DNA from: Eubacteriales bacterium
GTDB lineage: Bacteria; Bacillota; Clostridia; Oscillospirales; CAG-272
Direction of reading: 5' to 3'
DNA: 64,000 bases
NCBI GenBank assembly: GCA_045576795.1
Contig: JAZNHE010000113.1
Location: 6,030-70,029 of the forward strand
Made by a program: the position numbers and the translations under genes. The stretch's first letter is position 1, and the number at the start of each line of letters is the position of its first letter. The notes under the pieces are model-generated. The model had not been told where the DNA came from. It did no database searches and saw nothing but the letters and a program-made list of their open reading frames with translations. Shown one piece after another: positions 19,305 through 27,864 of the stretch.

Positions 19305-19383
19305 TATACGGGCAGGGCGTCATGAAGGATGTATATGAGGGAAAACCGCCTTATTTAGCCAACACGCCCTGCCGTTTATTGCA

Positions 19384-19953
19384 TTACCGTTCAAGAAACA
19401 GAGGCCTTAGCTGTTCACCTCTGAGAAGGGCATCCGCAGCCATCTCTATCATATCAAATTTAGCAACCAGAGAATGGGGCTTGCGCACAGGGTCATCCTG
19501 AAGCATAGGCACGAAATATACCGATTTATGCTGAAGCATAGCACCTATATTGGCAAGATTTCTGCTCATCGCATCATTACTCGCAAGAGCTATAAGGAGC
19601 GGTCTGTCAACGCGCAAATGCGCCTTTATCGCCATTGTGGCTGCCGTATCCGTTATACCGGAGGCGACCTTGGCAAGAGTATTGCCCGTACATGGGGCTA
19701 CAATAAGCAGATCAAGAGGAGAAGCAGGGCCGAGAGGCTCCGCATCAACCACTGTATGTATAATCGGCACACCACACAGCTGCTCCACCTCCGTCCTGAA
19801 TTTTTTCGCCTCCTGAAAGCGAGTATCGGTGATATAAGCGTTTTCACTCATTATGGGCTGCACCTCATAACCGCGCTCCATAAGCCGCTCGAGTGCGCGA
19901 CGGGAACGAGAAAACGTGCAGAATGAGCCTGTAAAGCAATAACCAATCTTCAA
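19384..19953 (-). CDS. dpaB: Dipicolinate synthase subunit B
   Basis: 189 aa with a flavoprotein-like N-terminus (KIGYCFTGSFCTF) and the PCTGNTLAK motif. It lies directly downstream of dpaA. Confidence 0.88.
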   Translation of the reverse strand: MKIGYCFTGSFCTFSRSRRALERLMERGYEVQPIMSENAYITDTRFQEAKKFRTEVEQLCGVPIIHTVVDAEPLGPASPLDLLIVAPCTGNTLAKVASGITDTAATMAIKAHLRVDRPLLIALASNDAMSRNLANIGAMLQHKSVYFVPMLQDDPVRKPHSLVAKFDMIEMAADALLRGEQLRPLFLER

Positions 19954-19966
19954 GTCCTTCCTCCTA

Positions 19967-20719
19967 TTAAAGCTCCGTTTCGGAAATTACGTATCTCTCT
20001 ATCGCCCTTCCCCAAGCGATACCTGCAGTCACAGGAAACATTTTGGCAGGTATTGACGGATACTTCTCCACACCCTCGACATTCGGAAAGTTAAGCCCTG
20101 AGGCGAGGTCGATGATCCGCAGTTTTTCAGGAAATGCGGTCTTTGACGCGTCGAATATCACAGCAGGGGCGGTGTTGATTAAAATATCAAGCCCGTCAAG
20201 CTCGGCATCCTCACAACTGAGTGTAGCCTTAACCCCCGACTCGCAAAGGTCCATTCTCGTATTTGAGCGCGAGGTGTACACTATAACCGATGCGCCAAGA
20301 TATAAGAGTATCTCCGTCAGACACTTACCTATACGCCCGTAGCCGACAATCCCGACGGTCATATCAGACGGAGCGCGCCCCTCACTTGTAAGGATTATTC
20401 CAAGAGTCGCAAGAGATGTAAGATAGGCATTCTCGAGTAAAAAATCCTCGTCTTCTCCAACGTCGAATACCTCTCCTCCCTTCTCACCGTCGCAAGATAT
20501 TCCCTTCGGTAATCCGTATCCAACAAGCAGATCTCCGTAGGAAAGCCGGTCAATAACCGTAGAAATGTCAACATTTGTTCCCGTTATGGTATGATTATCC
20601 CTACTTGAAGGAATAGGCAAGAGATAAATTGAATTTATTTTTCTTAGGTGCTCCGAGCCTCTTATATACTCTATACAGGCATCGGCACGCTTGCTGTTTT
20701 CATAAGACTGAATTATCAT
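19967..20719 (-). CDS. dpaA: Dipicolinate synthase subunit A
   Basis: A dehydrogenase-like Rossmann motif (VGIVGYGRIGK) in a protein of about 250 aa, paired with dpaB. I prefer the ATG at 20719 (RBS gggag 8 nt upstream) over the TTG at 20734 given in the ORF track. Confidence 0.85.
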   Translation of the reverse strand: MIIQSYENSKRADACIEYIRGSEHLRKINSIYLLPIPSSRDNHTITGTNVDISTVIDRLSYGDLLVGYGLPKGISCDGEKGGEVFDVGEDEDFLLENAYLTSLATLGIILTSEGRAPSDMTVGIVGYGRIGKCLTEILLYLGASVIVYTSRSNTRMDLCESGVKATLSCEDAELDGLDILINTAPAVIFDASKTAFPEKLRIIDLASGLNFPNVEGVEKYPSIPAKMFPVTAGIAWGRAIERYVISETEL

Positions 20720-20809
20720 ATTGCAAACTCCCAACGCCGCCCGACAAGAAAGATGTGGGCGGACTTACGCACGGGATGCCACCCGACAAGACAGCACCCC
20801 GTACATTCT

Positions 20810-20818
20810 TATGATATG
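20810..20818 (-). promoter_or_regulatory. Candidate sigma-K type -10 element upstream of dpaAB
   Basis: The minus strand reads CATAtcaTA (CATA-N3-TA), with an AC dinucleotide about 17 nt upstream. In B. subtilis the spoVF (dpaAB) operon is sigma-K dependent. Confidence 0.4.
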
Positions 20819-20840
20819 CAATATTCGTCCCTTGTGTTAC

Positions 20841-21032
20841 TCACTGTTCGGAGAGGCTACATTCCGCCTTGCCCACCACCTGCTTGACCATATTTGTCAT
20901 CTTGTCACAGGTACACCTCACCATTTTTTTGCCGCAGCGCATAATACTGTATGCGCCAACCATTGCAAGTGCGCCAACGGTTATTATGAGATATGGGCGC
21001 ATACTTTTTTGCTCTGACTTTTTGAAAAGCAT
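20841..21032 (-). CDS. Small (63 aa) membrane protein with a Cys-rich tail, unknown function
   Basis: An excellent RBS (aaaggagg, 6 nt before the ATG), one predicted TM helix (YLIITVGALAMVGAYSIM), then RCGKKMVRCTCDK...C. Confidence 0.55.
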   Translation of the reverse strand: MLFKKSEQKSMRPYLIITVGALAMVGAYSIMRCGKKMVRCTCDKMTNMVKQVVGKAECSLSEQ

Positions 21033-21091
21033 ATCTTTCCTCCTTTTTTGTTTTTTCTTATTATTCCACGCGCTTTATTTTTTATTTGCCG

Positions 21092-21120
21092 TTGACAAAA
21101 TAAAATATTTAGTGTAAAAT
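21092..21120 (+). promoter_or_regulatory. Sigma-A promoter for the Zn-ribbon/Sel1 gene
   Basis: TTGACA (21092-21097), a 17-nt spacer, then TAAAAT (21115-21120). Confidence 0.65.
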
Positions 21121-21153
21121 TATATTGAGTTAGTATGTAAAGGAGTGAAAAAA

Positions 21154-22908
21154 ATGATCAGATGCGCTAAATGTGGACATATTGATACTTATACAGGCAT
21201 ACAGTGCCCTGCATGTAAGGAGCGCTTATTCCTCGCAGAGGAAGAGATCAATGAAAAGATTGAGGAGATTACCAAGGCCGCTAGCACGAAGCAGTATGAG
21301 CTTGTGGCGGAGGGACATCATATTTTAGCAGATTTCGGAAGAGTTGAGTCGCAGAGAGAATATGCGACTATGCTCGAAAAAGGTGATATAGTAACCCGTG
21401 ACCTTGACGCGGCTATGAAGTATTACTACATGGCAGCCGAGAAAAACGATGCGTATTCCGCATTCAAGTACTCGCGCCTTGCTGAAAGAACAAGCGACAA
21501 GGCGGCAATGTTCTGGCTCACGTATTCCGCTATCCTCGGATGTGTGGAGTCATATCCCGTCCTTGCAGCAAAGCTTGCCGAGTCACACGACAACGAGCAC
21601 GCAAACTATTACTATGCTCTGTCAGCGGCTTACGACGACACCGATTCCATAGTGACTCTTGCAAAGAGATACTATAACGGCATAGGCACAGAGCAGAATC
21701 TTCCCTATGCAAAGTGGTATATGGACAAGCTTATGCTTCCGCCTATCCACGCGATAAAGATGGCGTACAAGCTTCGTTCAGTAAAAGCAAAGGACCCCGG
21801 CACACCCACGCATCCCGACCTTGACAGAATGTTAAGACGAATGGCAATCAAGGCGCAGGACTACGGTTATAAGAGCGCATACCACAACATCTGCGTTATG
21901 CTCAGCGACAGATGCGATATGCAGGCGCGCATGATCCTCGGTATGCTCTATGCAGAGGGCGTTGGCTGTGAAAGAGATATAAACAAGGCTCTCGAGCTTC
22001 TTGAGAGCTCGGCGGTTAACGGAAATCCCGAGGCATACAAGCATATGGGCGATATCTATATAGCCGGCAGATTGATTGAGCAGAATCCCAAGAGGGCTCT
22101 TGAATGCTACAAATCCGCGGCTAAGTACGGTATGACCAACGCTTACGAGGCGATGGGTGACATCTACTGCGAGGGCGAGCTGGTGAAGAGAGATCTTGCC
22201 AAAGCCATAGAGCTCTATGACAGCGGTGCCGAGCAAGGCGACGAGAACTCCCGTGTAAAGGGAGAACGCCTCAAGCGCAAGCGTTACGACCTCTATGAGA
22301 AGGCACAGTTCATCGAGACAGAAGCTCCCGAGGATGCTTTCCGCTGCTATGCCGTATCCGCAAATATGGGATATATCCCGGCATACAAGGCACTCGGAAA
22401 ATGCTTCCTCCACGGCATAGGAATAAAGCAAAACCGCGCACAGGCATACCTCTGGTATGAGAGAGCGGTTGAGTCCGGCGACGATGACGCAAGATACGAT
22501 TACGCCCTCTGCTATTCAAGAGGCATCGGCACACAGTTTAACTTCAACAAGGCGACAGAGTTGCTCTCCGAGCTTGCTCGCAAGGGACACGTTGATGCAA
22601 CTCTTGAATTAAGACGCCTTATGAACAATAAGCGACGCAATATGATCCAGTCCGTATACTCCAAGGCTGTACGCCTCATATATATGAAGAAGTTTGAGGA
22701 TGCGGCAGAGCTGCTCGAGCTGTGTGTGAAATTCAATCACGCCAAGGGAATATACACTCTGGGCTGTCTTAACGAATTCGGACTCGGCATTCCTACCGAC
22801 AGAGAAAATGCATTCCACCTCTATGAGATGTCCTACGACCTCAAATTCAGAGATCCCAAAGCAGTATACAAGCTCTGCATTCTCAGAATGGCCAGAGCAT
22901 ATAAATAA
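21154..22908 (+). CDS. Zinc-ribbon plus Sel1-like (SLR/TPR) repeat protein
   Basis: N-terminal CxxC...CxxC (MIRCAKCGH...QCPACKE) followed by about 10 or more Sel1-type repeats (e.g. LGMLYAEGVGCERDINKALELLESSA). The ATG at 21154 is preferred, with RBS aggag 8 nt upstream; the ORF track starts at the GTG at 21145. Confidence 0.8.
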   Translation: MIRCAKCGHIDTYTGIQCPACKERLFLAEEEINEKIEEITKAASTKQYELVAEGHHILADFGRVESQREYATMLEKGDIVTRDLDAAMKYYYMAAEKNDAYSAFKYSRLAERTSDKAAMFWLTYSAILGCVESYPVLAAKLAESHDNEHANYYYALSAAYDDTDSIVTLAKRYYNGIGTEQNLPYAKWYMDKLMLPPIHAIKMAYKLRSVKAKDPGTPTHPDLDRMLRRMAIKAQDYGYKSAYHNICVMLSDRCDMQARMILGMLYAEGVGCERDINKALELLESSAVNGNPEAYKHMGDIYIAGRLIEQNPKRALECYKSAAKYGMTNAYEAMGDIYCEGELVKRDLAKAIELYDSGAEQGDENSRVKGERLKRKRYDLYEKAQFIETEAPEDAFRCYAVSANMGYIPAYKALGKCFLHGIGIKQNRAQAYLWYERAVESGDDDARYDYALCYSRGIGTQFNFNKATELLSELARKGHVDATLELRRLMNNKRRNMIQSVYSKAVRLIYMKKFEDAAELLELCVKFNHAKGIYTLGCLNEFGLGIPTDRENAFHLYEMSYDLKFRDPKAVYKLCILRMARAYK

Positions 22909-23157
22909 CCGATAAAACGCGAATTTTAGGTTATTTTGTAAAATAATGTTAGCAAAACGCAACATAAAAGCATCTGCACAATCGTGCAGAGGCCTGTTTT
23001 TTATAGGTGATATTACGAGTAAAATCCGTATTTTCATCCTCGGAGTGAGAAACGACTTTTTGTACTCACTTACTTCTTTGGGTAGAAATCGTTGGCTGCC
23101 GAGCGACAGCTGTATCTACATACTCGGGGAGAAAAACAGCGATTTATACCCAAAAAA

Positions 23158-24786
23158 TCATTTATAGGTTATTTTAGCGTGGGTTCTTATCTTCTCCATA
23201 CCGTATTCATACTGAATAGTCTCTCTCCAATAATCCTCGTCATACTCTGCATTGATAGACTCAATAGCAGCTGCCTTCTTGGTCTCATAATCCTCGGAGG
23301 AGGAATCTATTCCGTAATAATCAAGATAAGACTGGAGAACCTCGTTATACATCTTCTCATAGAGTACTTCGTACTCCTCATCACTCGGAATGTATTCGCA
23401 CTCTCTTACTACGTAGTAGAATGCGAGCTTCTGCTTAACGCTCTCTTCTGCATCTGCATCGAGCACGTCACGCCAATTCTCACCGCTTGATACACTCATA
23501 TACGCGGTTGCAAATGCATCAAACGTCTGATAATACTGTGAATATCCACCGTTATAATACATATTCTCCATAGTGTTTATAACAGTTGCACAGTAGTTCT
23601 CTATCTCTGACTCGGGAATCTCCTTGAACTCCGAGTTATCAACAACGTATCTCCAGAATCTCTCGTCAATGATAGTGTTAACGCTATCCTCGTATTCCTT
23701 GTTAAGCTCTGCACGGACAGATGCATAGTATTTATCAAGCAGGGTTGCTCCGTCGTACTGTGCGAGGTCCTCCGCCTTGAGCTTGAGAGTATCGGTTACG
23801 AATGCATCATTGAGCTCGGGTACGTCGTAATCCTTGGTAAGATTGATATATACCTCAAAGTGAGCAGTCTTGCCGCGCAGACTCTCCTCCTGATAATCAT
23901 GGGGGAAGTATGCCTCAACCTCAAGAATGGGCTTTACGGAATTATCGATCTTGAATGCGTGAGTTACCTTAACGTTCTCATAGCTTGCGATATTGCCGCT
24001 CGTGGGTGTGAATTTCTCTGTAATAGCTGAGCCGAGGAGAACCTTGGGATTGGTTATAAATGCACGGAATCCCTCTCCCCACTTGGTATCGAGCTCGGGA
24101 TCATTGAGGTCTATTACCGCGCTCTGATCTTTTACCGTCTTACCGTCATTGGTGGTATAGTTGTAGGTAATAGCGTAAATATTTGCCTCAGCAGTGATTT
24201 TATCAAGCTTTTCAAGAGTAGCATAGTCCTGCTGGTTCTTACCTATAAGATTATATTCAAAGCCTGCAACAAATGAGCCGGAGCCTATCTCAAGGTCGTA
24301 TATGCCCGTAGTAAAGTTACAGCCGCCGTCGAAGTACACCTTCTCCTCACCGTTAAGCGTGTAGCCTCTGTAATAAATACCAACTACGTCGCCTGCGGAT
24401 ATGGTCACATTCTTCTTAAAGGTGGGTGCTGTGTCGGGTGTTATCTTGTTCTTGCAAAGCGCCTTGATTACAGCGATGTTGAAGTCAAGGTCGGTAGGCT
24501 TGGGAACATCTATCGTTACGTCATAGCTGCTATATATATCGGGAGATACATATACGTACTTGGACAGATCGTCCTTCATAAAATCTATGCTCTTATTCTT
24601 TGACTTGTTGAAAAAGTCAAACTTTGCATTAAGAGCAAAGAACACGCTTGTAAGGATACCTACAAGTGCAAGCACTGCAAAGGATATAAGGAATATCTTT
24701 GTGCGCTTCTGTCTTTTAGCCTCGGCGGTTACTTCCTTCTCCGCCTGGGTTTGAGGCTCAACGTTTTTATTTTTCTTATTAGCCAT
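23158..24786 (-). CDS. Membrane-anchored, extracytoplasmic trigger-factor-like protein (FKBP-type PPIase plus TF C-terminal-like domain)
   Basis: 542 aa with a basic N-terminus and one TM helix (IFLISFAVLALVGILTSVFFAL). A TF PPIase-like segment GDVVGIYYRGYTLNGEEKVYFDGG...LEIGSGSFVAGFEYNLIGK is followed by LRGKTAHFEVYINLTKDYDVPELNDAF, as in trigger factor. Confidence 0.7.
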   Translation of the reverse strand: MANKKNKNVEPQTQAEKEVTAEAKRQKRTKIFLISFAVLALVGILTSVFFALNAKFDFFNKSKNKSIDFMKDDLSKYVYVSPDIYSSYDVTIDVPKPTDLDFNIAVIKALCKNKITPDTAPTFKKNVTISAGDVVGIYYRGYTLNGEEKVYFDGGCNFTTGIYDLEIGSGSFVAGFEYNLIGKNQQDYATLEKLDKITAEANIYAITYNYTTNDGKTVKDQSAVIDLNDPELDTKWGEGFRAFITNPKVLLGSAITEKFTPTSGNIASYENVKVTHAFKIDNSVKPILEVEAYFPHDYQEESLRGKTAHFEVYINLTKDYDVPELNDAFVTDTLKLKAEDLAQYDGATLLDKYYASVRAELNKEYEDSVNTIIDERFWRYVVDNSEFKEIPESEIENYCATVINTMENMYYNGGYSQYYQTFDAFATAYMSVSSGENWRDVLDADAEESVKQKLAFYYVVRECEYIPSDEEYEVLYEKMYNEVLQSYLDYYGIDSSSEDYETKKAAAIESINAEYDEDYWRETIQYEYGMEKIRTHAKITYK

Positions 24787-24801
24787 TATTATTCTCCAAT
24801 A

Positions 24802-25233
24802 TTATTTGAATGAATCTGCGTATGCCGTAGCAAGACTATCGCATCTTTCGTTATATTCGTGTCCGTTGTGTCCCTTTATCCATACAAAGGTCACCTTGTG
24901 GATGCGCGTCAGCTCATAAAGTCTTTCCCAGAGGTCCGGATTCTTCAGTCCCCCGGATTTGCTCCAGCCCTTCTGCTGCCACGTGTATATCCATCCCTCG
25001 TTAAATGCATCAACGAGATATTTGGAATCGGACTGCAGAGTAACCATGCACGGCTCCTTCAAGGCGGACAAGCCCTCGATAGCGCCGATAAGCTCCATTC
25101 TGTTGTTGGTGGTTTCCCTCTCGCCGCCCGAAAGCTCCTTCTCATACTTGCCGTACACGAGAATTGCACCCCAGCCTCCCGGACCGGGATTTCCTCTGCA
25201 CGCGCCATCTGTGTAAAGACTTACTACTTTCAT
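24802..25233 (-). CDS. rnhA: Ribonuclease HI
   Basis: 143 aa: [27 protein letters not shown] and [15 protein letters not shown] are RNase H type 1 hallmarks. Confidence 0.93.
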   Translation of the reverse strand: MKVVSLYTDGACRGNPGPGGWGAILVYGKYEKELSGGERETTNNRMELIGAIEGLSALKEPCMVTLQSDSKYLVDAFNEGWIYTWQQKGWSKSGGLKNPDLWERLYELTRIHKVTFVWIKGHNGHEYNERCDSLATAYADSFK

Positions 25234-25298
25234 ATGCTTCCTTTATAATTAAAGGACTGTACCGTAGTGGGACAGTCCTCTAATTGAGTCAGTTGAAA

Positions 25299-27623
25299 TT
25301 ATTCAGCTGCAGCCTCATCCTTAAAGGTGTAGGAGATGTGCTCGTAGCTGATTCTATTCTCATCGGTATCCTTTTCCTCAAGAAGGTAGTTAAATACCTT
25401 ATCAAACTGTGCCGCATGAATATGGTCATCAAGATTGTAGGAGTAAGAAAGACCGTACTGAGCGTAAAGAAGCGACATATTGTCAAGGCTCTTCTTGAGC
25501 TCCTTCTTCTCGTCCTTTGTCAGCTTAACGTCGTCGCCGAAGCAATCTGCAAGAACGTAGATGAGAACTATGTCACGTACAGTATCCTCTGCCTCTGCCT
25601 GAACCTTTGCCTTTGCATCCTCGATAGTCTCCTTCTGTGTCTGTGCAAGAAGATACTTATCAAAGTCGCCCTCGTAGTAAACGTAATTTGTTACGTTGCT
25701 GGAGGAGGAAGATGAGGATGTACCTGAATTGTACTTGCCCTCGTAGAAGTTGTACTTGTAGGTATTCATTATTGCCTTGTAAGCTTCCTTAACCGCTCTC
25801 TTGGGGAGCTTGTCACCGAAGGTAATGTACTTGTTAGCAAGAGTGAATATTTCCTTGGCAAGATTCTGCTTAATAGTGGATTTATAAGTAGCCTCAAGGG
25901 TATCGTACTGATATTCCTTGTAATCCTTAACAAGTGCATCGTTAAGATTTACGTTGCCGTCTGTTGCCTTAAGAATCTCTGCGATCTTATCGTCAATCTT
26001 CTTCTGAGATTCGTCAAGCTTAGCCTTTTCAGTAAGGTGCTTGTTATAAGCGTTGGTTATATTGTTATTAAGGTTGGTAAGCTCGCTCTCTGCGGTGCTC
26101 TTGGTGGTAGCACGCTTGCTGTTGGCATCATTGAGTGCCTTAAGAGCGGAGTCATACGCCTTCTTTACGTCTGCATGAGCGGTGTAGAGCTCAACAAGCT
26201 CTCCAACGAGAGTCGCAAGAGTCTTGTCACCGTTCTTGATATTCTCGTTGTTAAGAGTATCAAAGGTGTATACGGTGTTGTGCTCGTGCTCTTCATCGGT
26301 GTGCTCGTGCTCCTCAGTGGTCTGACCGTTGAGTGCAGAATAGTACTCACGAACAACTACCTCTGCGGAGATATCCTCTACGTCGATGTAGTAGAGCGGG
26401 AATACTAAGTATGTGATTTCCTTGCCGTTAAGCTCGAGAGCCTCACCGTAAATGTTCTTTTCAGTAGTCTTCTTTGTGGTGGTGTCACCCTCTGCAATAG
26501 CATCGAAGGGAGTGTCCTTGAGCATGATAGACTCGTTCATGCCCTCTTCGCTTACGGTCCAGTTCACCTTAACCTTGGAATACTCAACCTCAACGCTTAC
26601 AGGATCGCCATCCTTAACAGCGATGCTCTCTGTAACCTTGAAGCTGTCCTCCTTGCCTATCTCGTTGCCTACAAGCTCACCGAGGAAGGTCTTGGGAGCC
26701 TCAGCCTCATCAGCATTAGCCTGAACAAGCATGTTTGTTACGTTAACGGTGTAGTAGCCGTCAGAACCGAGTGTACCGTAAAGCGCAGGATCCTTCTCGT
26801 TATCCCACTTAAACTTCATGGTGTAGGAAACAAATGCAAAGTCACCGTCCTGAACGGTAATAGGACTGTTGTCCTTGAGAATGCTCTCAACCTTTACGTC
26901 GGTGTAAGTCTTTTCCGCTACGTTATCGCCCTCACCAACGGTAATCTTTACTTCAGGTGTAGTAACACCTACGTACAAACCGAGAAGAGCTGCATAGAAC
27001 TCTGCAGGCTCCTTATCAGCAGTCTTAAGATCTACATACTCGCAGTAAACCTTAGTGCCGTCGGGCTTGGTGTAGCTAACTGAAACGATATCATCCTTGC
27101 CTACGCGATTTGCGGATGAGGTGGTGTAGATATAATCCTTGATGTCCTCAAAGCCTGCGTCATCATCCGTAGCCTCACGAAGAATGTGATCGGATACGAG
27201 CTTGTTAAGGCCCTCGAGGGTGCTGAGACCGAGCTGAATTGTGGAGGGCTTGGACTCATCCATCTTAATTGCGTAAATCATATTGCTGTAATCCTCGTTG
27301 GGCTCACCGCCAACAAAGCCTACGTAGCAATAGTAGAACGCATCATACTTCTCGGGCTTGCCCTCAAAGAGCTTGTCATCTGTACCTGCAAGCTTAAGAA
27401 GTGCTGCCGCGATAGTTTCGTCAACCTTAACGTTTCTCTTATCCTCGTCAGTGCCGAAGTCACCGTTTTCAATAACGAGAGTCTGAAGAGCCGCAAGGAA
27501 TTCCTGTGACTTGAATGTTGCATACTTTGACATATCGTCCTTAACATAGTTGTAAGCACAACCGGTAAGAGCGAGGAATGCCATAGCAACAACAAGAATT
27601 AAACTGATAATTCTCTTTTTCAT
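25299..27623 (-). CDS. Large lipoprotein with degenerate trigger-factor/FKBP-like modules
   Basis: 774 aa with a lipobox (FLALTGC). It has two modules of the form D.V.VSY...DG...LLG..VG....V.V and a LNGKEITYLVF segment resembling TF, plus a poly-Ser linker. The helical, acidic C-terminal part resembles the 542-aa neighbour. Confidence 0.6.
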   Translation of the reverse strand: MKKRIISLILVVAMAFLALTGCAYNYVKDDMSKYATFKSQEFLAALQTLVIENGDFGTDEDKRNVKVDETIAAALLKLAGTDDKLFEGKPEKYDAFYYCYVGFVGGEPNEDYSNMIYAIKMDESKPSTIQLGLSTLEGLNKLVSDHILREATDDDAGFEDIKDYIYTTSSANRVGKDDIVSVSYTKPDGTKVYCEYVDLKTADKEPAEFYAALLGLYVGVTTPEVKITVGEGDNVAEKTYTDVKVESILKDNSPITVQDGDFAFVSYTMKFKWDNEKDPALYGTLGSDGYYTVNVTNMLVQANADEAEAPKTFLGELVGNEIGKEDSFKVTESIAVKDGDPVSVEVEYSKVKVNWTVSEEGMNESIMLKDTPFDAIAEGDTTTKKTTEKNIYGEALELNGKEITYLVFPLYYIDVEDISAEVVVREYYSALNGQTTEEHEHTDEEHEHNTVYTFDTLNNENIKNGDKTLATLVGELVELYTAHADVKKAYDSALKALNDANSKRATTKSTAESELTNLNNNITNAYNKHLTEKAKLDESQKKIDDKIAEILKATDGNVNLNDALVKDYKEYQYDTLEATYKSTIKQNLAKEIFTLANKYITFGDKLPKRAVKEAYKAIMNTYKYNFYEGKYNSGTSSSSSSSNVTNYVYYEGDFDKYLLAQTQKETIEDAKAKVQAEAEDTVRDIVLIYVLADCFGDDVKLTKDEKKELKKSLDNMSLLYAQYGLSYSYNLDDHIHAAQFDKVFNYLLEEKDTDENRISYEHISYTFKDEAAAE

Positions 27624-27729
27624 TGTTTCTTCCTCTATAATAAATTTTTTTGAACTGTTTTACGCGCCGATCACTCGGCGATAGGCGTAATAAACGTGAA
27701 AAAACACACGCTTACAATTACGCCATAAC

Positions 27730-27758
27730 ATTATAGCATATTATTTTATAAAATGCAA
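27730..27758 (-). promoter_or_regulatory. Strong sigma-A promoter for the 774-aa lipoprotein gene
   Basis: On the minus strand: TTGCAT (27758-27753), a 17-nt spacer ending in TGc, then TATAAT (27735-27730). Confidence 0.7.
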
Positions 27759-27864
27759 ACCTTTTTTGAAAAATAAATTAAAAATAATTTTTTTCTTTAT
27801 TTATGGACGCTCATTGCGGTTTTTTGTACATATTCCTACAAAAAACGTCCGTAAAAACGAGTGA

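Noticed and set aside
13592-23113. A recurring GTTGGCT...CGACAGCT motif (13592-13668 x2, 23091-23113, and a partial copy at about 19340) as a dispersed REP-like family.
   Set aside because: Beyond the duplicated terminator pair, the shared part shrinks to a 7-mer plus a palindromic ACAGCT core. That many occurrences are expected by chance in 128 kb of two-strand sequence.
23080-23151. A tRNA-like or other RNA gene in the Sel1 / TF-like convergent gap.
   Set aside because: There is no T-loop (GTTCRANYC) or D-loop consensus and no cloverleaf arrangement. It is kept only as a low-interest hairpin finding.
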